Assembly: GCA_949388605.1 (NCBI GenBank)
Contig: CASKJV010000009.1
Span: 1,213 to 65,212, forward strand
Direction: 5' to 3'
Origin: an uncultured Clostridia bacterium
GTDB taxonomy: Bacteria > Bacillota > Clostridia > TANB77 > CAG-508
Length of the DNA: 64,000 nucleotides
Under the pieces are notes generated by a model. That model searched no databases, was not told the origin of the DNA, and was given only the letters and a program-made list of their open reading frames with translations. Below, piece after piece: positions 1 through 11,450 of this stretch. The first letter of the stretch is position 1. Every line of letters begins with the position of its first letter. The position numbers were made by a program, and so were the translations under genes.

Positions 1-1608
1 ACTGATAAAGAAGAACTTATGCAAGTTTTCAATAGAGGTGGTTTTTCTACAGGACATTTAAATCCTTCTCCTAATAAAAATTTAATTTTTAAAGAAAAAC
101 CAAATAATATGGGATTTTATATTGGCACAATATCTCATATAAATGAAAATAAAGGTCATTTAAAATTAAAATTAGAAAACACATTATCTATTGGTGATAG
201 AATATCTATCAATAATGAAAGTTATACTGTTTCTGAACTTATGGTAGATAATAAAAATTTCGAAACTTTAGAAAAAGGAACTACTGCTAAAATTGGTCGA
301 ATGAAAGGCAAAATATCTGTTGGCTCTAAAGTTTATAGAATAGAAACTTCAAAACTAAATAAATCTATATTACCAACTTTTAAAGAAAATAAAAACTTTA
401 TAAAAGTAAAATTAGATGGAGAAATAATAATAAAAACTAACACTCCAATCTCTTTAAAAATATGGTCTAATGAAGGATTTTATAAGGATTTAGAATATTC
501 TATAACATCTGACATAATTCCAGAGCAAGCTTTAAATAAGCCTATTACTAAACAAAAGATAATAGAACAACTTTCTAAAACAGGTTCTACTGAATTTAAA
601 TTTGAAAATTTGAATGTAATATTAGATGATAATTTATTTATCCCAAAAATAAGTATACTTAATGATTTAAGAAGAAGTGCTCTAGAAGGATTAGAAAATC
701 TTGTTTTAGAAAAATATACTCATTCTATTAGTGATTCAACAATTAATGTAGAAAATACAATACACAGCTTAGATTTATCTAATTCTCAAAAATCTAATTT
801 AAACACAAGCATTGTAAAAGATAATAATGTTAATATTTCATTATTGCTAAATATTGTAGACGAGAATTTTGATTATTCTAAACTAAAAAATATTGATAGA
901 ATATATATTCCATTAAAATATTTTTTAAACAAAAATTTAGATAAATGTATAAAAAATATATCTACTATCTTTGCTACATTTATATATATGCCACATGTTT
1001 TAAAAGATGATATTTTGAATGTTATTGACTTTTCAAAAATATTATCAAAGTTTAATATAAGTGGTTTTGTTGTTTCGAATATTGCTCAAATTGAAATATT
1101 ATCAAAATTCAAATTAAAATTTATAGGTAATTTTAATTTAAATATATATAATACTTTTTCAATAAATAAACTACATACTTTAAATTTATCTACTGTAACT
1201 ATTTCGCCAGAATTAGATAAATTTGATACAAATCAACTTCAAAATTTATCTTTACTTCAAACAGAAGTTATTGTTTATGGAAAATTGCCTGTTATGACTA
1301 ATAATTATTGCTATCTTGGAAAATCTAATAAATGTTATAAATCATGTGATAGAAAATGTTTAGATAATAATAAATATTCTTTAAAAGATAGAATGAATTT
1401 TAACTTTAGAATTGAACCAGATAATTTACAAACTATAACTACAATATATAATAGTAAGATATTATCTGTTAAATTTAGCGAATTTAACACAAATAACGTT
1501 CGTATAGACATTTTAGATGAACCACCTAACGATATTCAAAACATTGTTAATGTTGTAAAAAACAGAAATCGTTTTGAAGGAAAAGAATTCACTAATGGAA
1601 ATTATTAA
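1..1608 (+). CDS. U32-family peptidase (collagenase-like, DUF3656) C-terminal part; 5' end outside window
   Basis: Frame open from base 1; FNRGGFSTG, KLSKTG-type (QLSKTGSTEF), LNDLRR, SPEL, VYGKLPVM..YC and LKDR motifs typical of long U32 proteins. Confidence 0.85.
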   Translation, partial: TDKEELMQVFNRGGFSTGHLNPSPNKNLIFKEKPNNMGFYIGTISHINENKGHLKLKLENTLSIGDRISINNESYTVSELMVDNKNFETLEKGTTAKIGRMKGKISVGSKVYRIETSKLNKSILPTFKENKNFIKVKLDGEIIIKTNTPISLKIWSNEGFYKDLEYSITSDIIPEQALNKPITKQKIIEQLSKTGSTEFKFENLNVILDDNLFIPKISILNDLRRSALEGLENLVLEKYTHSISDSTINVENTIHSLDLSNSQKSNLNTSIVKDNNVNISLLLNIVDENFDYSKLKNIDRIYIPLKYFLNKNLDKCIKNISTIFATFIYMPHVLKDDILNVIDFSKILSKFNISGFVVSNIAQIEILSKFKLKFIGNFNLNIYNTFSINKLHTLNLSTVTISPELDKFDTNQLQNLSLLQTEVIVYGKLPVMTNNYCYLGKSNKCYKSCDRKCLDNNKYSLKDRMNFNFRIEPDNLQTITTIYNSKILSVKFSEFNTNNVRIDILDEPPNDIQNIVNVVKNRNRFEGKEFTNGNY

Positions 1609-1690
1609 AATAAGAAGTGAACAATATTTAATTTTCTAAATACAAAACTTTACTTAAATGTATTTAAATAAAATTGCATTTTTACAACAG

Positions 1691-1718
1691 AAAAGTGCCC
1701 TCCAAAGAGGGCACTTTT
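1691..1718. terminator. Bidirectional intrinsic terminator
   Basis: AAAAGTGCCCTC-CAAA-GAGGGCACTTTT perfect hairpin between convergent genes. Confidence 0.85.
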
Positions 1719-1727
1719 CTTATACCA

Positions 1728-2117
1728 TTATTTAATTATAAGATATGGTACACCTCCTGGAAGATTAGACCAGATCTCTTTTGGAAAACAATACTCCATC
1801 AGACCTAAACCTATTGCCAATACTACTAACAATTCACATGTTTCGTGACTGCCAGACCATAACTCGCCATTTTTGGTTTCACAGATATTCAAAAACGTAC
1901 AACCTTTTTTAAATACCTCAGGCAATTCAGCAAGTATTGCAGTTATCAGTTCTCTTTTATCTTCTAACCGCTGTGGATGAAATCCAAAGTTTTGTACTAT
2001 CCCTTCAACTTTGACATGATTGTCAGTATCTTCTCCGTCTTTAAAAAGACAATCTATAAATGCTTCACGTACTAATTGAGACATATTGGTTGCATCGATA
2101 GTAATGTTCTGTTCCAT
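1728..2117 (-). CDS. Hypothetical protein (solitary orphan gene)
   Basis: 129 aa ORF, GAGGA RBS, own sigma-A-like promoter at 2163-2191 and terminator. Confidence 0.75.
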   Translation of the reverse strand: MEQNITIDATNMSQLVREAFIDCLFKDGEDTDNHVKVEGIVQNFGFHPQRLEDKRELITAILAELPEVFKKGCTFLNICETKNGELWSGSHETCELLVVLAIGLGLMEYCFPKEIWSNLPGGVPYLIIK

Positions 2118-2361
2118 TTGTTATCCTCCTTAAAATGCCATATAGTATTTTGTATCTATCACATTATATCATAATTTACATAATATTTCAATAACTATAA
2201 TAGTTTTTCTAAACCTATATTTCTTGATGCAACATTTGATATAAAATTTTATGTAATAAAAAATGCATGAAACATTTTATATAAAATCAAAATACTACTC
2301 TACTAAAATATATTTACATTGGATAATTTGAAAATAGTTCTTTGTTCTATATTAGTATTTT

Positions 2362-3078
2362 TTAATTACTTACATTATTTTCTTGGATCTTTTCTGACTC
2401 TGAAATTTTTTCTTTTGTTTTATAATCATAAAAAGTATACTCTGTTATATCTGGAAATTCCATATCTTTTAATTTTGTAATGTAAAATTTTAAGCTATAT
2501 TCATATTCAAAAAATTCTCCATTAGAAAATTCTATAGTTGATTTTACAGGAAGTCTTCGACTTTTGGTTACCCATACAGTTTTTGTTATTGTTTCTTCTT
2601 TAATTTTTATTTTGTAACATTTTTCTCCATTTACTTCTTCTGAAGTTATACTATTTTTCAAATTTCCAGACATTAAAAATCTCTGAAATATATTTTTAGA
2701 CGTCCCAGGAATTAAACTAACAAACATTTCTTTTGAAACTAAAGCCGATGAATTTTCTGATGAAATTTCCATATTATAAATCTTTTTATCTGTTTCGTCT
2801 ACCATATATGCTTTTTCACCATTAACCCAACTATATATTCCTTCACTAGAAACTAACTTTCCAATACCATTTCTATAATATGCTTCAGTTACAGTTGTTT
2901 TATCTTTCATTTTTAAAGTGGTTTTTAAATAATAATTATCTTTTTCAATATTATCTTCTAATTTACTAATTGTAGTATTTAGAACAATAAAATTTCTTAT
3001 AGCTCTAATTCCGCAAACCAGTCCTATAACAACAATAATAGTAATTAACACTATTAATAATTTTATTTTTTTACTCAT
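2362..3078 (-). CDS. Membrane-anchored exported protein, possibly LolA/lipoprotein-sorting-like beta fold
   Basis: N-terminal hydrophobic anchor; E-VNGEKCYKI...VWV...LPVK pattern. Confidence 0.6.
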   Translation of the reverse strand: MSKKIKLLIVLITIIVVIGLVCGIRAIRNFIVLNTTISKLEDNIEKDNYYLKTTLKMKDKTTVTEAYYRNGIGKLVSSEGIYSWVNGEKAYMVDETDKKIYNMEISSENSSALVSKEMFVSLIPGTSKNIFQRFLMSGNLKNSITSEEVNGEKCYKIKIKEETITKTVWVTKSRRLPVKSTIEFSNGEFFEYEYSLKFYITKLKDMEFPDITEYTFYDYKTKEKISESEKIQENNVSN

Positions 3079-3280
3079 CTTCTATTCCTCTTTTACTTTA
3101 TAATGATTTTATTTTATCAATTTACCCAGTTTTTTTCAATAGTTAGTTATCATATTCTGCTTAAACCATATCTCTATTACTTTTTAAACAATTAATTTTT
3201 AGGATATACAATTGACATAATGTAAAACACCTGATAAAATTAATACGTTGCATTTGTCTACTATTTTGAAAGGAGTATTT

Positions 3281-3553
3281 ATGCAAACAGAAAAAGAACT
3301 TCATTTTACAGCAACACGGTTTTTAGAAATAGCTGAGTCATACCTTAGACAAACAGAAAAAGTCTTTGGTATGTCTGTAGACGTGGTACTTCCCATGAAT
3401 CAATCAAATTTTACACGAACACTTGAAGCATTAAAATTGATTAATAAACTGGGAAAAGAAAAAAATATTGTAGTAGAAGTGGAAGATGAATCTGAAGCAC
3501 TAAACGAATATGGTCACACACGTTGTTTCAAATTAAAAAAGATTAATGATTAG
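3281..3553 (+). CDS. Hypothetical protein (solitary orphan gene)
   Basis: AAGGAG RBS before ATG 3281; TTGACA-17-TAAAAT promoter at 3212-3240. Confidence 0.65.
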   Translation: MQTEKELHFTATRFLEIAESYLRQTEKVFGMSVDVVLPMNQSNFTRTLEALKLINKLGKEKNIVVEVEDESEALNEYGHTRCFKLKKIND

Positions 3554-3710
3554 TTATTTTAATATCAAATACTCCAACTAGTCTAATAATTATACAGGTT
3601 AGTTTCGTTAATCAAAAACTAGAAATTGCTCTGCAATTTCCTATTAAATAACAAAATAAAAAAAGCACAGATCAAATAAACAATATTTGTCTGTGCTTTT
3701 TATTTACTTT

Positions 3711-4925
3711 TTATTTTTCTAATTTATGATATACTTTTTTACCTTTTCTTAAAATAGCATATCCTTCTTTAAAATCTTCATTATTTAATCTGTAAGAAAT
3801 TTCTTCAACTTTTTTATCATTCAAAGAAATTCCTCCTTGAGCTATTAAAGTTTTTGCTTGTCCTTTTGATGGCGCAATTCCTGTTAAAACTATTGCATCT
3901 AATATTGAAATATCTGTAGTTTCTAATTTAGTTGTTGGCATATTTTCAGTATTTCCACCATTTCCAAATAATGCTTCTGATACATCTTTGGCTTTTGTTG
4001 CTTCTTCTTCTCCATGAATTAATTTAGTAATTTCGTATGCAGCAACTTTCTTTGCATCATTAATTTTTTCATCTTTTAATGATGCTAATCTATCTATTTC
4101 TTCATCTGTTAAAAATGTAAGTAAAGTTAAAACTTTTCTTACTTCTGTATCTCCAATATTTCTCCAATATTGATAAAATTCATATGGAGAAGTTTTTTCT
4201 GGATTTAACCATAAAGCTCCTTTAGCTGTTTTCCCCATTTTTTTACCATCAGCAGTAGTTAAAAGTTTAAATGTTAAACCATATGAATCATCTGTTCCAA
4301 TTTTTCTTATTAGCTCAACACCACCTATAATATTAGACCACTGATCATTTCCTCCAATTTGCATTTTACAATTATATTTATCATGTAAATATAGGAAATC
4401 ATAACTTTGTAATAATAGGTATCCCATTTCAAAAAAAGTTAAACCTGTTTCTAATCTATTTTTATAGCACTCTTGAGCAATCATTTTGGCTACTGTAAAT
4501 TTGCTACCAATTTCTTTCATAAATTCTATATAATTTAAGTCTAGAAGCCAATCTTTATTATTAACAATAATAGCAGCATTTTCTCCTTCAAAAGAAACGA
4601 ATCTTTCTGCTTGTTTTTTTATTGCTTCAACATTAGCATCTAATTGTTCTCTTGTAAGCATTTGACGTAAGTCTGTTCTTCCAGAAGGATCTCCTATTGC
4701 AGCAGTTCCTCCTCCCATTAAAATTATTGGTCTATGTCCAGCCTTTTGAAGACGAGATGCAACCATTAATGCAACAAAGTGTCCAATATGCATACTATTT
4801 GCTGTTGGATCTATTCCTATATAAAAACTAACACTTTCTTTTTGAAAAAGTTCTCTCATTTCTTTTTCATGTGTTAATTGTTCTATGTATCCTCTATCTT
4901 CAAGTTCTTTTATTATGTCTGTCAT
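3711..4925 (-). CDS. tyrS: Tyrosine--tRNA ligase
   Basis: GIDPTA..HIGH, GDPSGR, QIGGNDQW, KMGKT motifs; C-terminal S4 domain. Confidence 0.97.
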   Translation of the reverse strand: MTDIIKELEDRGYIEQLTHEKEMRELFQKESVSFYIGIDPTANSMHIGHFVALMVASRLQKAGHRPIILMGGGTAAIGDPSGRTDLRQMLTREQLDANVEAIKKQAERFVSFEGENAAIIVNNKDWLLDLNYIEFMKEIGSKFTVAKMIAQECYKNRLETGLTFFEMGYLLLQSYDFLYLHDKYNCKMQIGGNDQWSNIIGGVELIRKIGTDDSYGLTFKLLTTADGKKMGKTAKGALWLNPEKTSPYEFYQYWRNIGDTEVRKVLTLLTFLTDEEIDRLASLKDEKINDAKKVAAYEITKLIHGEEEATKAKDVSEALFGNGGNTENMPTTKLETTDISILDAIVLTGIAPSKGQAKTLIAQGGISLNDKKVEEISYRLNNEDFKEGYAILRKGKKVYHKLEK

Positions 4926-4945
4926 TTAAAAATAACCTCCTAATA

Positions 4946-5224
4946 TTATAAGCTAATTTTTCCTTTTAAAATTCCTTTTTCTTCATTACCTTCTGGAATA
5001 TATATTCCACTAAATTCTTCATATCCTAAATATCTATTTAAATTTTTAGCACTAATTCCTGTATAAGCTGATATTTCAGATTTTGAAACACCATTAATAT
5101 AATTATCAGCGAAAAAACCTTTTAATTTACTTAAATCTGCAACATCTTTTTTCTCACAATCTTTACAAACATCTACTTCTGCTGCATAAAACTTACCACA
5201 ACGAACACATCTTTTTAATTCCAT
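4946..5224 (-). CDS. YvyF/TIGR03826-like zinc-ribbon + HTH protein
   Basis: MELKRCVRCGKFY...VCKDC followed by HTH-like EISAYTGIS. Confidence 0.65.
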   Translation of the reverse strand: MELKRCVRCGKFYAAEVDVCKDCEKKDVADLSKLKGFFADNYINGVSKSEISAYTGISAKNLNRYLGYEEFSGIYIPEGNEEKGILKGKISL

Positions 5225-5323
5225 AATTTAGACCTCCTATTTTTATATTTTCTTTAGAAAATATTGTTCTCTTTTTTATATCGCTCATTTTATCACATCT
5301 TTTTCAAAAAAGATATATGTTTT

Positions 5324-6517
5324 TTATAAATTATTTCTTACTTTTTTGTAACAATTTAATAATATTTCTTTTATGGTTCTTAATATAAGAACTATTACTA
5401 AGGAACTTATAAATATAACAGCTATACCTATAACTAAATAAAGTACTTCAAAATAGAATCTTTCTATTTTTTCAAATTTATATAAATCAATTTTCGCAAT
5501 TAATAAATAATGAATTAAATAAATTCCAAATGTTTTATCTGCAAGCCATATAATAATTTTGCTTATCTTTTCGCTCTTTATTTCTAGAGAATAAATTGAA
5601 GTAAATATAAATAAGCCTGATATAATATTTAAACAAGTATATTGCCATCCTAAAAAGTTTTCTCTACCAACTATATTAGTATAAGAATTTAGTACCATAT
5701 ATTGCATCTCAATTCTGTATCTAATAAAATTCACAATAATAAATCCTATTGCAGATAATATAAATACTTTTTTGTTATTTTTTATTTTATCTTTATGTAC
5801 AAATAATTCATATCCTAATAATACATACAATAATTCCATATCAACTAGCCCAAAAATTTTGACTGCTCCAATAGTAGGAATAGTTATAAATCTTTTAATA
5901 TCAGTAATTACAGTTGCAATTATTCCGAAAGCTATAATAATTCTTCTAGCAAGTTTTGAACTTTTTTCCTCTTTACAAACTAACCATAATACTGGTATCC
6001 AAATAATTATTTTTACATATGATAATATATACCATAGATGATCACATAAAGTATTTATTACAGTAAGATTTCCAGTTAGTATTCCTTTAAAAATTTGCAC
6101 AATATTTAAATTAGTTAAAATATTTTGTAAGCACCACATGATACTTTCTTTATTTACTATAAACATATAGAAAATTTGTGAAAATAATATATATATTATT
6201 GAAGGTGTTAACACCTTCATAATTGTACTTTTCCATATTTTTTTATAGTTACGCCCATTAGCTAAAAAAAATCCTGTTATCATAAAAAATAATGGTACTC
6301 CATCTGTAAAAAAGCTTTTTTCTAATAGTCTTCCCCAATCAATTCTATTATAAGCTTGATTTAATACTTGTAGGCATAAATGTGTTCCTATTACACTTAA
6401 GCAAGCAAATAATCTAATTAAGTCTACCGAAATGTCTCTTTTCTTAGTTTCAGTTTTAACTGATATTTGAGAATTGTCAATACTTATGTCTTCAACTACT
6501 TTTTCTTTTACTATCAT
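5324..6517 (-). CDS. Acyltransferase-3 family membrane O-acyltransferase
   Basis: RDISVDLIR...VIGTH, VPLFFMITGFF, HLWY, FGIYLIH motifs; many TM helices. Confidence 0.85.
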   Translation of the reverse strand: MIVKEKVVEDISIDNSQISVKTETKKRDISVDLIRLFACLSVIGTHLCLQVLNQAYNRIDWGRLLEKSFFTDGVPLFFMITGFFLANGRNYKKIWKSTIMKVLTPSIIYILFSQIFYMFIVNKESIMWCLQNILTNLNIVQIFKGILTGNLTVINTLCDHLWYILSYVKIIIWIPVLWLVCKEEKSSKLARRIIIAFGIIATVITDIKRFITIPTIGAVKIFGLVDMELLYVLLGYELFVHKDKIKNNKKVFILSAIGFIIVNFIRYRIEMQYMVLNSYTNIVGRENFLGWQYTCLNIISGLFIFTSIYSLEIKSEKISKIIIWLADKTFGIYLIHYLLIAKIDLYKFEKIERFYFEVLYLVIGIAVIFISSLVIVLILRTIKEILLNCYKKVRNNL

Positions 6518-6681
6518 TTATTTATCTCCTAAATTACCTTTTTTAGTTATATAAAACTTCTTATTATATATTTTTTAGCAGAAATATATGTATAATTCTT
6601 ACTACAACATAACTTATATTAGCTCATTATTTCATCAATATTTAAATTCAAATTTCATATCTATTCATACTAAATTTTGCA

Positions 6682-7701
6682 TTATCTTAAAAATGTTTCT
6701 ACTATTCCTTTTCCATTTTCTGATGTAATTTTTAATATAGCACCATTTACCATAGCCAATTGTGGTGATACATGTCCAATATCTGCATCACATATTATTG
6801 GTATATTTAAATTACCAATAGCATCTATTACTGTTTGATTAAAATCTATATCATAATCATTTCTGACAAATAATGGTCTACCAAAAATTATTCCATTACA
6901 ATTTTTAAAATATCCTGCATTTTTCATTTGCCACAAGCTTCTAAACAAATCAGGTGTAGATGTTTCATAACTCTCCAAAAACCAGATAATTCCATCATTA
7001 GAATATTTTTCTATATAGTTTTTAATGTTATCATATTTTGTTCCTATAAAATTCATAATACTATCTAAACAACCACCTACTGCACGTCCTTGCATTATAA
7101 TTTTGTCTTCACCAGTAACATTTTTCCATTCCACTTTTTCAGTTAAATTATAAGTTGCATATGGATTTGTTTCTTCTTCTGTCCAGTCTTTTTCATATAG
7201 TTTAAAAGATTCTTGTACTATTTCTTTTCCTGATTCAATTTCTAAACAATCAGTTAAATTCCTAAATAATGGTCTCATTGCATAATCTTTTACTGTTTGA
7301 CAGTACATTGTTGGAATATCTAAAATTGTATTAAATGTAAAGCTTAAACCTGTAATATCAGAATAACCTTGAATCCATTTTGGTTTAGATTTTCTTATTC
7401 TATCAAAATCCAAAAAATCTAACATTTCACACAAAAATTCTCCACCTGTTGCAGTTAAAATTAATTTAACATCTTGATTTTCCCAAAGTTCCATAAATTC
7501 TTCTGCACGTTTTCTTGCTGTAGTACTTCTAGCTTTTTCACCTTTTCTAACACTCTCTGTTTCTATGACTTTATAACCAAGATTTTGTAATGTTTCAATA
7601 GCACAATTTAACCTTGCTACTTTATGTGGTTTAATGATACCTCCTGAAGGCGCACAAATGCCTATAGTATCACCTTTTTTTAAATTTTCTGGATAATTCA
7701 T
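6682..7701 (-). CDS. S66 family LD-carboxypeptidase (MccF-like)
   Basis: LKKGDTIGICAPS, GYSDIT, GGCL, FLE, DIGH motifs. Confidence 0.9.
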   Translation of the reverse strand: MNYPENLKKGDTIGICAPSGGIIKPHKVARLNCAIETLQNLGYKVIETESVRKGEKARSTTARKRAEEFMELWENQDVKLILTATGGEFLCEMLDFLDFDRIRKSKPKWIQGYSDITGLSFTFNTILDIPTMYCQTVKDYAMRPLFRNLTDCLEIESGKEIVQESFKLYEKDWTEEETNPYATYNLTEKVEWKNVTGEDKIIMQGRAVGGCLDSIMNFIGTKYDNIKNYIEKYSNDGIIWFLESYETSTPDLFRSLWQMKNAGYFKNCNGIIFGRPLFVRNDYDIDFNQTVIDAIGNLNIPIICDADIGHVSPQLAMVNGAILKITSENGKGIVETFLR

Positions 7702-7783
7702 AACTCTCTCCTTATTTTTTCTTGTTCGTTACACATAGTTTTTATAAATAATTGCAAACATCTTATTCTCAACAAAATAAATA

Positions 7784-8845
7784 CTATTTTTTTGTTATTT
7801 CTAAGATTTCTTTTTTCAAAGTTTCTATTATTTCTTCTTGTGGGATTTTTCTTATTATTTCACCTTTTTTGAATAGTAATGCTTCATTTTTCCCTCCTGC
7901 TATTCCTATATCTGCTTCTCTTGCTTCCCCTGGTCCATTAACTGCACATCCCATTATTGCAACTGTAATATCTATATCTAATGTTTGCAAGAACTGTTCA
8001 ATTTCTTTTGCTATTGGAATCATATCATATTGAATTCTTCCACATGTTGGACAAGAAATAAGCTTTGGACTATTTTTATACAGATTACAATTTTTTAATA
8101 TTTCTTTACATACTGGAATTTCTTCTATTGGATCATCTGATAAAGAAACTCTAATTGTATCTCCAATTCCTTGTCTTAGTAAAGCACTTAATCCAATACT
8201 AGATTTTATTGTTCCACTAAATGTTGTTCCTGCTTCTGTTATTCCTAAATGAAGAGGATATTTAAATTCTCTAGAAGCTTTTTCATAAGCTTCTACACAC
8301 ATATCTAAATTTGACGCTTTTAAAGAAATAGCAATATTATAAAAATCTAATTTTTCTAATATTTCAATATGACGTTTAGCACTTTCTATCATTGCATCAC
8401 TACATGGTTTTCCATATTTATCTAATAATTCCTTTTCAAGAGAACCTGCATTTACTCCTATTCTTATTGGAATATTTTTTTCTTTACATGCTTCTACAAC
8501 TGCTCTTACTTTTTCTTCATCTCCAATATTTCCTGGATTAATGCGAATTTTGTCTACCCCACTTTCAATTGCTTGAAGTGCAATTTTATAATCAAAGTGA
8601 ATATCTGCAACTATTGGAATATGAATTTTATTTTTTATCTTTTTAATTGCTTTTGCATCTTCTATATCTAAACAGGCAACTCTTACAATTTGACCTCCTG
8701 CATTCTCTAGTTTAAGAATTTGATTAACTGTTGCATCTATATCTTTTGTTTTTGTATTACACATAGACTGTATAACAACTTTGTTTTGTCCACCTATTTG
8801 TACACCATTAACAAATATTGGTTTAGTATCTGTTCTCTTATACAT
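7784..8845 (-). CDS. ispG: 4-hydroxy-3-methylbut-2-en-1-yl diphosphate synthase
   Basis: [35 protein letters not shown]. Confidence 0.97.
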   Translation of the reverse strand: MYKRTDTKPIFVNGVQIGGQNKVVIQSMCNTKTKDIDATVNQILKLENAGGQIVRVACLDIEDAKAIKKIKNKIHIPIVADIHFDYKIALQAIESGVDKIRINPGNIGDEEKVRAVVEACKEKNIPIRIGVNAGSLEKELLDKYGKPCSDAMIESAKRHIEILEKLDFYNIAISLKASNLDMCVEAYEKASREFKYPLHLGITEAGTTFSGTIKSSIGLSALLRQGIGDTIRVSLSDDPIEEIPVCKEILKNCNLYKNSPKLISCPTCGRIQYDMIPIAKEIEQFLQTLDIDITVAIMGCAVNGPGEAREADIGIAGGKNEALLFKKGEIIRKIPQEEIIETLKKEILEITKK

Positions 8846-9017
8846 ATTTATTATATATTGCTTGTTTTAGCAATAATTCCTTTCTATTATAATTTGACAA
8901 AATTAGTATATCACAAAAATGTATTTCTGCAAATATAAACTAATACATTTATTTTTAAAATAATGAAAGAGCAGTGCTAAGCACTGCTCTTTCGTCCGCA
9001 AATTATGTAACTACATT

Positions 9018-9650
9018 CTATTTGCTTTTTGACCTTGAACTGCTACCAGATGACTCTGACTCGTCAAACTTGTGGTCGCTGTAATATGAACTAAATACCA
9101 TTACAACAACATTTTCGTCCAACTCGCAGTCATCCGAAACTCTTACGTTAAAGTCATTGAAGAAAGGAAAAGATCTGTAAACTGCAATTATGTTTCCGTC
9201 TGCATCATACAATTTTCCTTCTGTATTGAAGTAATTGATTTTTAATTTGGCAATTTTCTTTTGATCAGCGTCGTAAATATCATATGTTTCTCCAATAAAA
9301 TTTACTCGTCCAACCATTTCTACAACAGTGTCATTCACAACTATCGAATGTGAATCCTGTGCCAGGAAATGATACTCATCACCCGCATATGCCAGCTTGT
9401 TTTCATTTGTATCGTACATTGTGAGCGGATCTGTTACAAACTTCCAAACATTCCCCTTTACTGTAGCGAAATCTTCGCCAGATTTTTCGACTTCTATTGT
9501 TGTCGCCATGTGAAAGTTCTTAACATCAAACTTGTACTCCGTGTACTCTCCAATGTTTGGACAGATAATCCATGACAACAAACTCCCTCCCAGTAATGCA
9601 GCAATAATAACAGCAGCAATTATCCGAACAACTAATTTCCTTCTTTCCAT
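9018..9650 (-). CDS. LURP-one/Tubby-C-like exported protein (solitary orphan gene)
   Basis: Signal/TM N-terminus, repeated beta-strand motifs (YD..ENKLAY, YDADQKKIA, YDADGNIIA), terminal helix; higher GC than flanks. Confidence 0.55.
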   Translation of the reverse strand: MERRKLVVRIIAAVIIAALLGGSLLSWIICPNIGEYTEYKFDVKNFHMATTIEVEKSGEDFATVKGNVWKFVTDPLTMYDTNENKLAYAGDEYHFLAQDSHSIVVNDTVVEMVGRVNFIGETYDIYDADQKKIAKLKINYFNTEGKLYDADGNIIAVYRSFPFFNDFNVRVSDDCELDENVVVMVFSSYYSDHKFDESESSGSSSRSKSK

Positions 9651-9898
9651 TCTAATACCTCCATTTGTTTGTATTATTTTCTATGACGCACCATTGCATC
9701 TATTTTATTATACCATAAATTCACACAAAATTCAATTTTTAACAAAAAGTAGATTAATAGCTAATTTTATATAATCGAAACGTGCTCTCCAATCTTATAA
9801 ATATTTTCTGAAAGATTTCTATAATTGGAATTTCGAAGAACTTTCATATTATAGAAAAAAATTACACTACTGTTTATAATTTCAGTAGTGTAATTTTT

Positions 9899-10321
9899 CT
9901 ATTTTTTCTTTAAACTCATTTCACAATATTTACATCTATAAACTTCATTTTCTTTATCTGTTAGAATAAATATTTGATCTAAATCTTTTTCAACAGATGT
10001 AATACATCTTGGATTATTACATTTCGCAATATTTACTATTTTATCTGGAAGATTTAATTTTCTTTTATCTATAATTTTATCATCTTTTACAATATTTACT
10101 GTAGCATTATGATCTATAAATCCTAATGCTTCTAAATCTATTGGTATATTTCTGTCTATTTTTATAATATCTTTTTTACCAGATTTTTGGCTTTTAGCAT
10201 TTGTTATAATTGCAACTTGACAATCTAATTCATTCAAACGAAGTTGATTATATACTTGCATGCCTCTTCCAGCTTTTATATGATCAATTACATAACCATT
10301 TTTTATACTATCAATATTCAT
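9899..10321 (-). CDS. pyrI: Aspartate carbamoyltransferase regulatory subunit
   Basis: IKNGYVIDHI, KKDIIK, CNNPRCIT, YRCKYCE. Confidence 0.95.
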   Translation of the reverse strand: MNIDSIKNGYVIDHIKAGRGMQVYNQLRLNELDCQVAIITNAKSQKSGKKDIIKIDRNIPIDLEALGFIDHNATVNIVKDDKIIDKRKLNLPDKIVNIAKCNNPRCITSVEKDLDQIFILTDKENEVYRCKYCEMSLKKK

Positions 10322-11235
10322 TATTTTACCTCCAATAATTTTAAAATTAATGCCATTCTAATATACTTACCATAATTTGCTTGTTTAAAATAACATGCTC
10401 TTGGATCGTCATCTACATTTGTAGAGATTTCATTTACTCTTGGTAATGGATGTAATACACATAAATCTTTTTTTGCTTTTTTTAATTTTTCTTTATTTAA
10501 TATGTAGTAATCTTTTAAACGAATGTAATCTTCTTCATTAAAAAATCTTTCTTTTTGAACTCTTGTCATATAAAGAATATCTAATTCTTCCATATGTTCT
10601 TCTATATCTTTTGTTTCACAATATTCTATATTATTTTTTTCTAATACATCTCTTTTTACATATTCTGGAAGTTTTAATTCGTCTGGTGAAATTAATACAA
10701 ATTTTATATTTGCATATCTAGACATAGCTGTAATTAATGAATGTACTGTTCTACCAAATTTTAAATCACCACAAAGTCCTATTGTTAAATTATCTAAACG
10801 TCCTTTTTCACATTTAATAGTTAAAAGGTCTGTTAATGTTTGTGTTGGATGATTATGTCCACCATCACCTGCATTAATTATAGGTACTGTTGATTTGGCA
10901 GAAGCTACTAATGGCGCTCCTTCTTTTGGATGCCTCATTGCTATAATATCACTATAACATCCTACCATTCTTATAGTATCTGATACAGTTTCTCCTTTTG
11001 ATGCTGAACTTGATGCTGCTTCCGAAAAACCTAAAACTTGTCCTCCTAATGAAAACATAGCTGATTCATGACTTAATCTTGTTCTAGTACTTGGCTCAAA
11101 AAATAAAGTAGCTAAGATTTTACCATCACATTTATGAGAATAGTTCTCAGGTTTAGCGATAATATCTTTAGCTACTTCAATCAAATTATCAATTTCTTCA
11201 ACTGACAAATCTTTAATATCAATTAAATGTTTCAT
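10321..11235 (-). CDS. pyrB: Aspartate carbamoyltransferase catalytic subunit
   Basis: [23 protein letters not shown]. Confidence 0.97.
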   Translation of the reverse strand: MKHLIDIKDLSVEEIDNLIEVAKDIIAKPENYSHKCDGKILATLFFEPSTRTRLSHESAMFSLGGQVLGFSEAASSSASKGETVSDTIRMVGCYSDIIAMRHPKEGAPLVASAKSTVPIINAGDGGHNHPTQTLTDLLTIKCEKGRLDNLTIGLCGDLKFGRTVHSLITAMSRYANIKFVLISPDELKLPEYVKRDVLEKNNIEYCETKDIEEHMEELDILYMTRVQKERFFNEEDYIRLKDYYILNKEKLKKAKKDLCVLHPLPRVNEISTNVDDDPRACYFKQANYGKYIRMALILKLLEVK

Positions 11236-11450
11236 ATAATACTCCTTTTATTTTTTATTTTATAGAAAAATAATTTGTTACTATTTTTATTATTTTCTAA
11301 TCATCAACATAATAGTATCTCAAAAAATAGTACTCTGTATAAAGCCTTTTTTTAATTTTACCAAATATTTGTATCTTTTGTAAAGTAAATTTGCCTAAAA
11401 AATACTAGGAATTAGCATTCCTAGTATTTTTTACTGCTCTTATTTTATTA